Assembly: GCF_001457595.1 (NCBI RefSeq)
Contig: NZ_LN831039.1
Span: 1,650,001-1,682,000 of the forward strand
DNA: 32,000 nucleotides
Source of the DNA: Mycolicibacterium smegmatis
GTDB taxonomy: Bacteria; Actinomycetota; Actinomycetes; Mycobacteriales; Mycobacteriaceae
Reading direction: 5' to 3'
The translations under genes were made by a program, and so were the position numbers. The notes beneath the pieces were generated by a model, which saw only the letters and a list, made by a program, of their open reading frames with translations, made no database searches and was not told the DNA's origin. Positions 27,160-32,000 of the stretch are shown piece by piece. The stretch's first letter is position 1; every line of letters starts with the position of its first letter.

Positions 27160-27163
<4 letters not shown>
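26465..27163 (+). CDS. Nitroreductase family protein
   Basis: 232 aa; TTRAVRKRLDYSRPVPRELVTECVRIATQAPSGRNRQRWDFVVVDD, GSVLPAVWSFMLAARERGLGTAWTTCHL. Confidence 0.9.
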
Positions 27164-29635
<2,472 letters not shown>

Positions 29636-29663
29636 GGGTGAAGTCCTCACTGTTGTCGTGTCG

Positions 29664-30518
29664 TCAGGCCAGGCCGAGCGGCCCGGCGAGTTCGGCCAGC
29701 GCCGGGACCAGCTTGTCCGGCGAGGTCAGCACCTGCACGGGTACGTGGTCGGCGCCCGCGGCGAGATGTTCGGAAAGACGTGCGGCGATCGCATCAACCG
29801 TGCCATAGGCCACGACCGCGTCGATGAACCGGTCGGCGCCTGGTTTCGCGAGTTCGTCATCGGCGAAACCGAGCCGCTTGAAGTTGTTGAGATAGTTCGC
29901 GAGTCCGAGGTAGAGGTCGAGCGCCTTGCGGCCCACGGCGCGGGCCTGTTCCGCATCGGTGGTCAGCACCACCTTGTGTTCGGGCGCCAGAAACGCGTCG
30001 GGCCCGATGATCTCGCGCGCGCTTCTGGTGTGTTCGGGAGTCGTCAAGTAGGGATGTGCGCCGGCCGAGTGCTCGGCGGACAGCTGCAGCACCTTGGGGC
30101 CGAGGGCGGCGACCACCCGGCGGTGCTTGGGCACGCCGTAGGAATCGAGCTTGTCGAGGTAATCGGTGAGCGCATCCAGCGGCTTGCGGTACTCGACGTG
30201 CGCCTCGCGGTGCCCCACGCCGATCCCCAGCAGGAACCGCCCCGGATAGGCCGCCTCGATGCGGTGGAACGACTCGGCGACCGGACCCGGCGCGGCCGTC
30301 CAGATGTTGACGATGCCGGTGGCCACCTGCAGCGTCGTCGTGGCCTCCAGAATCGGCTCGACCCACTCCAGTTCGGCGGGCGGTGAGCCGCCCACCCACA
30401 CGGCGCCGTAGCCGAGCGCCTCGATCTCCTTGGCCTGCGCAGGTGTCACCCCGCGACCGAACGAACCGTACCTGCCCAGATCTGGTTTCGGCCCCGCCGC
30501 CGAAGTGGTGTCAGTCAT
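29664..30518 (-). CDS. LLM-class (probably F420-dependent) oxidoreductase, paralogue of the neighbouring gene
   Basis: From ATG 30518: MTDTTSAAGPKPDLGRYGSFGRGVTPAQAKEIEALGYGAVWVGGSPPAELEW, LGIGVGHREAHVEYRKPLDALTDYLDKLD, GAHPYLTTPEHTRSAREIIG. Confidence 0.88.
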   Translation of the reverse strand: MTDTTSAAGPKPDLGRYGSFGRGVTPAQAKEIEALGYGAVWVGGSPPAELEWVEPILEATTTLQVATGIVNIWTAAPGPVAESFHRIEAAYPGRFLLGIGVGHREAHVEYRKPLDALTDYLDKLDSYGVPKHRRVVAALGPKVLQLSAEHSAGAHPYLTTPEHTRSAREIIGPDAFLAPEHKVVLTTDAEQARAVGRKALDLYLGLANYLNNFKRLGFADDELAKPGADRFIDAVVAYGTVDAIAARLSEHLAAGADHVPVQVLTSPDKLVPALAELAGPLGLA

Positions 30519-30661
30519 GTCTGCCTCAACCCCGCCGCCTTCGCGCGGTATTCCGGTCACCGGGACATGCCGAGATTGCACTCAGGGACAAAGTTCGCCT
30601 CTTTTCTGTCCCTCACGGCAATCTCGGTGCGCAGACATGGGGCCGGCCGCGACAGACGGCG

Positions 30662-32000
30662 TCAGTTCGAGGAGTCGCCGTCGGGCGGTGGCGCCTGCAG
30701 CGGCAGCAGCACCACGAAGCGGGTGTTGCCGGGCTCGGAGTACACCCGCAGATCCCCGTTGTGCTTCTCGACGACGATGCGCCACGCCAGGTCGAGGCCC
30801 AGCCCGGTGCCCTCGCCGAACGGTTTGGTGGTGAAGAACGGCGTGAAGATGCGGTTGATGATGTCCTCGGGGATACCCGGGCCGTCATCGCAGATCTCGA
30901 CGCGGATCATCTCGTCGTTCTCGCGCGCGGTGCGGATGGTCAGGGTGCCGTGACCGTCCATGGCCTGGATGGCGTTGTCGATGATGTTGGTCCAGACCTG
31001 GTTCAGATCGCCTGGGTAGCACTGCAATTCGGGCAGTGTCTTGTCCATGTCCTTGACCAGGGTGATGGGCTTGTCCTTGCCGATCTTGCCGCCGAACATC
31101 ATCAGCGTGCTTCGCAGCAACTCGTGCACGTCGGCGCTCTGGTAGGCGCCGCGGTCCATCTGCGAGTACTGCTTGGCCCCCGCGAGCAGCGCCGAGATGC
31201 GCCTGCTGGCCTCACCGATCTCGTTCATGCGCAACTCGGTGTCGATCGTGTACTTGAGCCACCCGAGCGCGGACTGCAGCGTCTTCGCACCGCACGTCTC
31301 GTCGTGGACGTCCTCGATGGATGCCGAGATCCGTTCCAGCCAGTCGATGTCGAGACCGGCCTCCACGAAGGTCGGCGCGTACTCCCACGCCATCGGGATG
31401 TTGTGGTCCTCGAGCCAGTCGCCGATCTGGTCCTCGCGGTCGGACGCCTCCAGCGCGGTGAGTTCGACGCTCTTGTTCTTGGCCACCTGCTCGGCGACCT
31501 CGTCCTGGATCGTCACGAGCACCCGCAGGGTCTCGGCGCTGAACTTGCCGTCGGCGAGCATCGCGAGCTTGTGGCGCATCTTGCCGACGCCCTCGCGCAG
31601 GTCCGCGACCGCGCGCGCGGTGGCGGCGGCGGGATTGTTGAGCTGATGTGTCAGGCCCGCGGTGATGGTGCCCAGCGCCAGGAGCTTCTCGCGCTGGCCG
31701 ATGATCTGGCTCTGCCGCCTGCCGCCGACCTTGTGCCCCTCCAGCAGATGCACGGCCATCGGGAACTGCGACTGCATGAACACCGCGAACGTGTCGGCGT
31801 CGAGCACGAAGATCCGCGACGGCTGCGTCAACCGGACCGAGGCCTCGTAGATGTGCTCCTCGCCGGGGATGTAGGCCGACCAGGCGCCGAAGTACACGCC
31901 GCGCTGCGAGGTGCGGTTGGTCTGGATGTCGACGCCGCCCGAGCGCTTCGACATCACCAGCTCGCCGTCGATCAACACGTAGAAGCAGGTCGCGGGCTCA
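30662..32000 (-). CDS. Sensor histidine kinase, possible N-terminal cyclic nucleotide-binding-like domain; 5' end outside the window
   Basis: GTITAGLTHQLNNPAAATARAVADL phosphoacceptor region, VWTNIIDNAIQAM, VEICDDGPGIPEDIINRIFTPFFTTKPFGEGTGLGL; preceding sequence ASVRLTQPSRIFVLDADTFAVFMQSQFPMAVHLLEG looks like the end of a cNMP-binding fold. Confidence 0.85.
   Translation of the reverse strand, partial: EPATCFYVLIDGELVMSKRSGGVDIQTNRTSQRGVYFGAWSAYIPGEEHIYEASVRLTQPSRIFVLDADTFAVFMQSQFPMAVHLLEGHKVGGRRQSQIIGQREKLLALGTITAGLTHQLNNPAAATARAVADLREGVGKMRHKLAMLADGKFSAETLRVLVTIQDEVAEQVAKNKSVELTALEASDREDQIGDWLEDHNIPMAWEYAPTFVEAGLDIDWLERISASIEDVHDETCGAKTLQSALGWLKYTIDTELRMNEIGEASRRISALLAGAKQYSQMDRGAYQSADVHELLRSTLMMFGGKIGKDKPITLVKDMDKTLPELQCYPGDLNQVWTNIIDNAIQAMDGHGTLTIRTARENDEMIRVEICDDGPGIPEDIINRIFTPFFTTKPFGEGTGLGLDLAWRIVVEKHNGDLRVYSEPGNTRFVVLLPLQAPPPDGDSSN

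Overview
High-GC mycobacterial chromosome segment. The gene order (methyltransferase paralogues, secY-adk-map-sigL-rslA, and later mmsA/acyl-CoA dehydrogenase/mmsB and rmlB/rmlC) suggests a fast-growing Mycolicibacterium resembling M. smegmatis; this is inference from memory, with no search run. Contents: (i) four tandem SAM-methyltransferase paralogues, the first cut by the window edge; (ii) secY, adk, map; (iii) sigL-rslA with an ECF-type promoter; (iv) a tightly packed cassette encoding a ThDP-dependent enzyme, an SRPBCC-like protein, a KAS III-like enzyme, a HisC-like aminotransferase and a MarR regulator; (v) a GAF histidine kinase/NarL response regulator pair; (vi) a degenerate HAD-like protein; (vii) a valine-catabolism type operon; (viii) an FAD monooxygenase-TetR unit; (ix) a TetR-EamA unit divergent from a DmpA/P1 peptidase-APC transporter unit; (x) a TetR/nitroreductase divergent pair with a perfect palindrome between them; (xi) rmlC, rmlB and two LLM-type oxidoreductases; (xii) the 3' part of a sensor kinase. 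The most interesting signal is cassette (iv). It has a textbook SigL-type promoter directly upstream (TGAACC-N16-CGTGTC, 7493-7520) that resembles the one before sigL itself (TGAACT-N16-CGTATC, 6080-6107). Its KAS III-like enzyme keeps the Cys and Asn motifs but appears to have Asn in place of the catalytic His. I read this as a candidate undescribed SigL-controlled small-molecule pathway. No tRNA, rRNA, CRISPR array or transposase was recognised.
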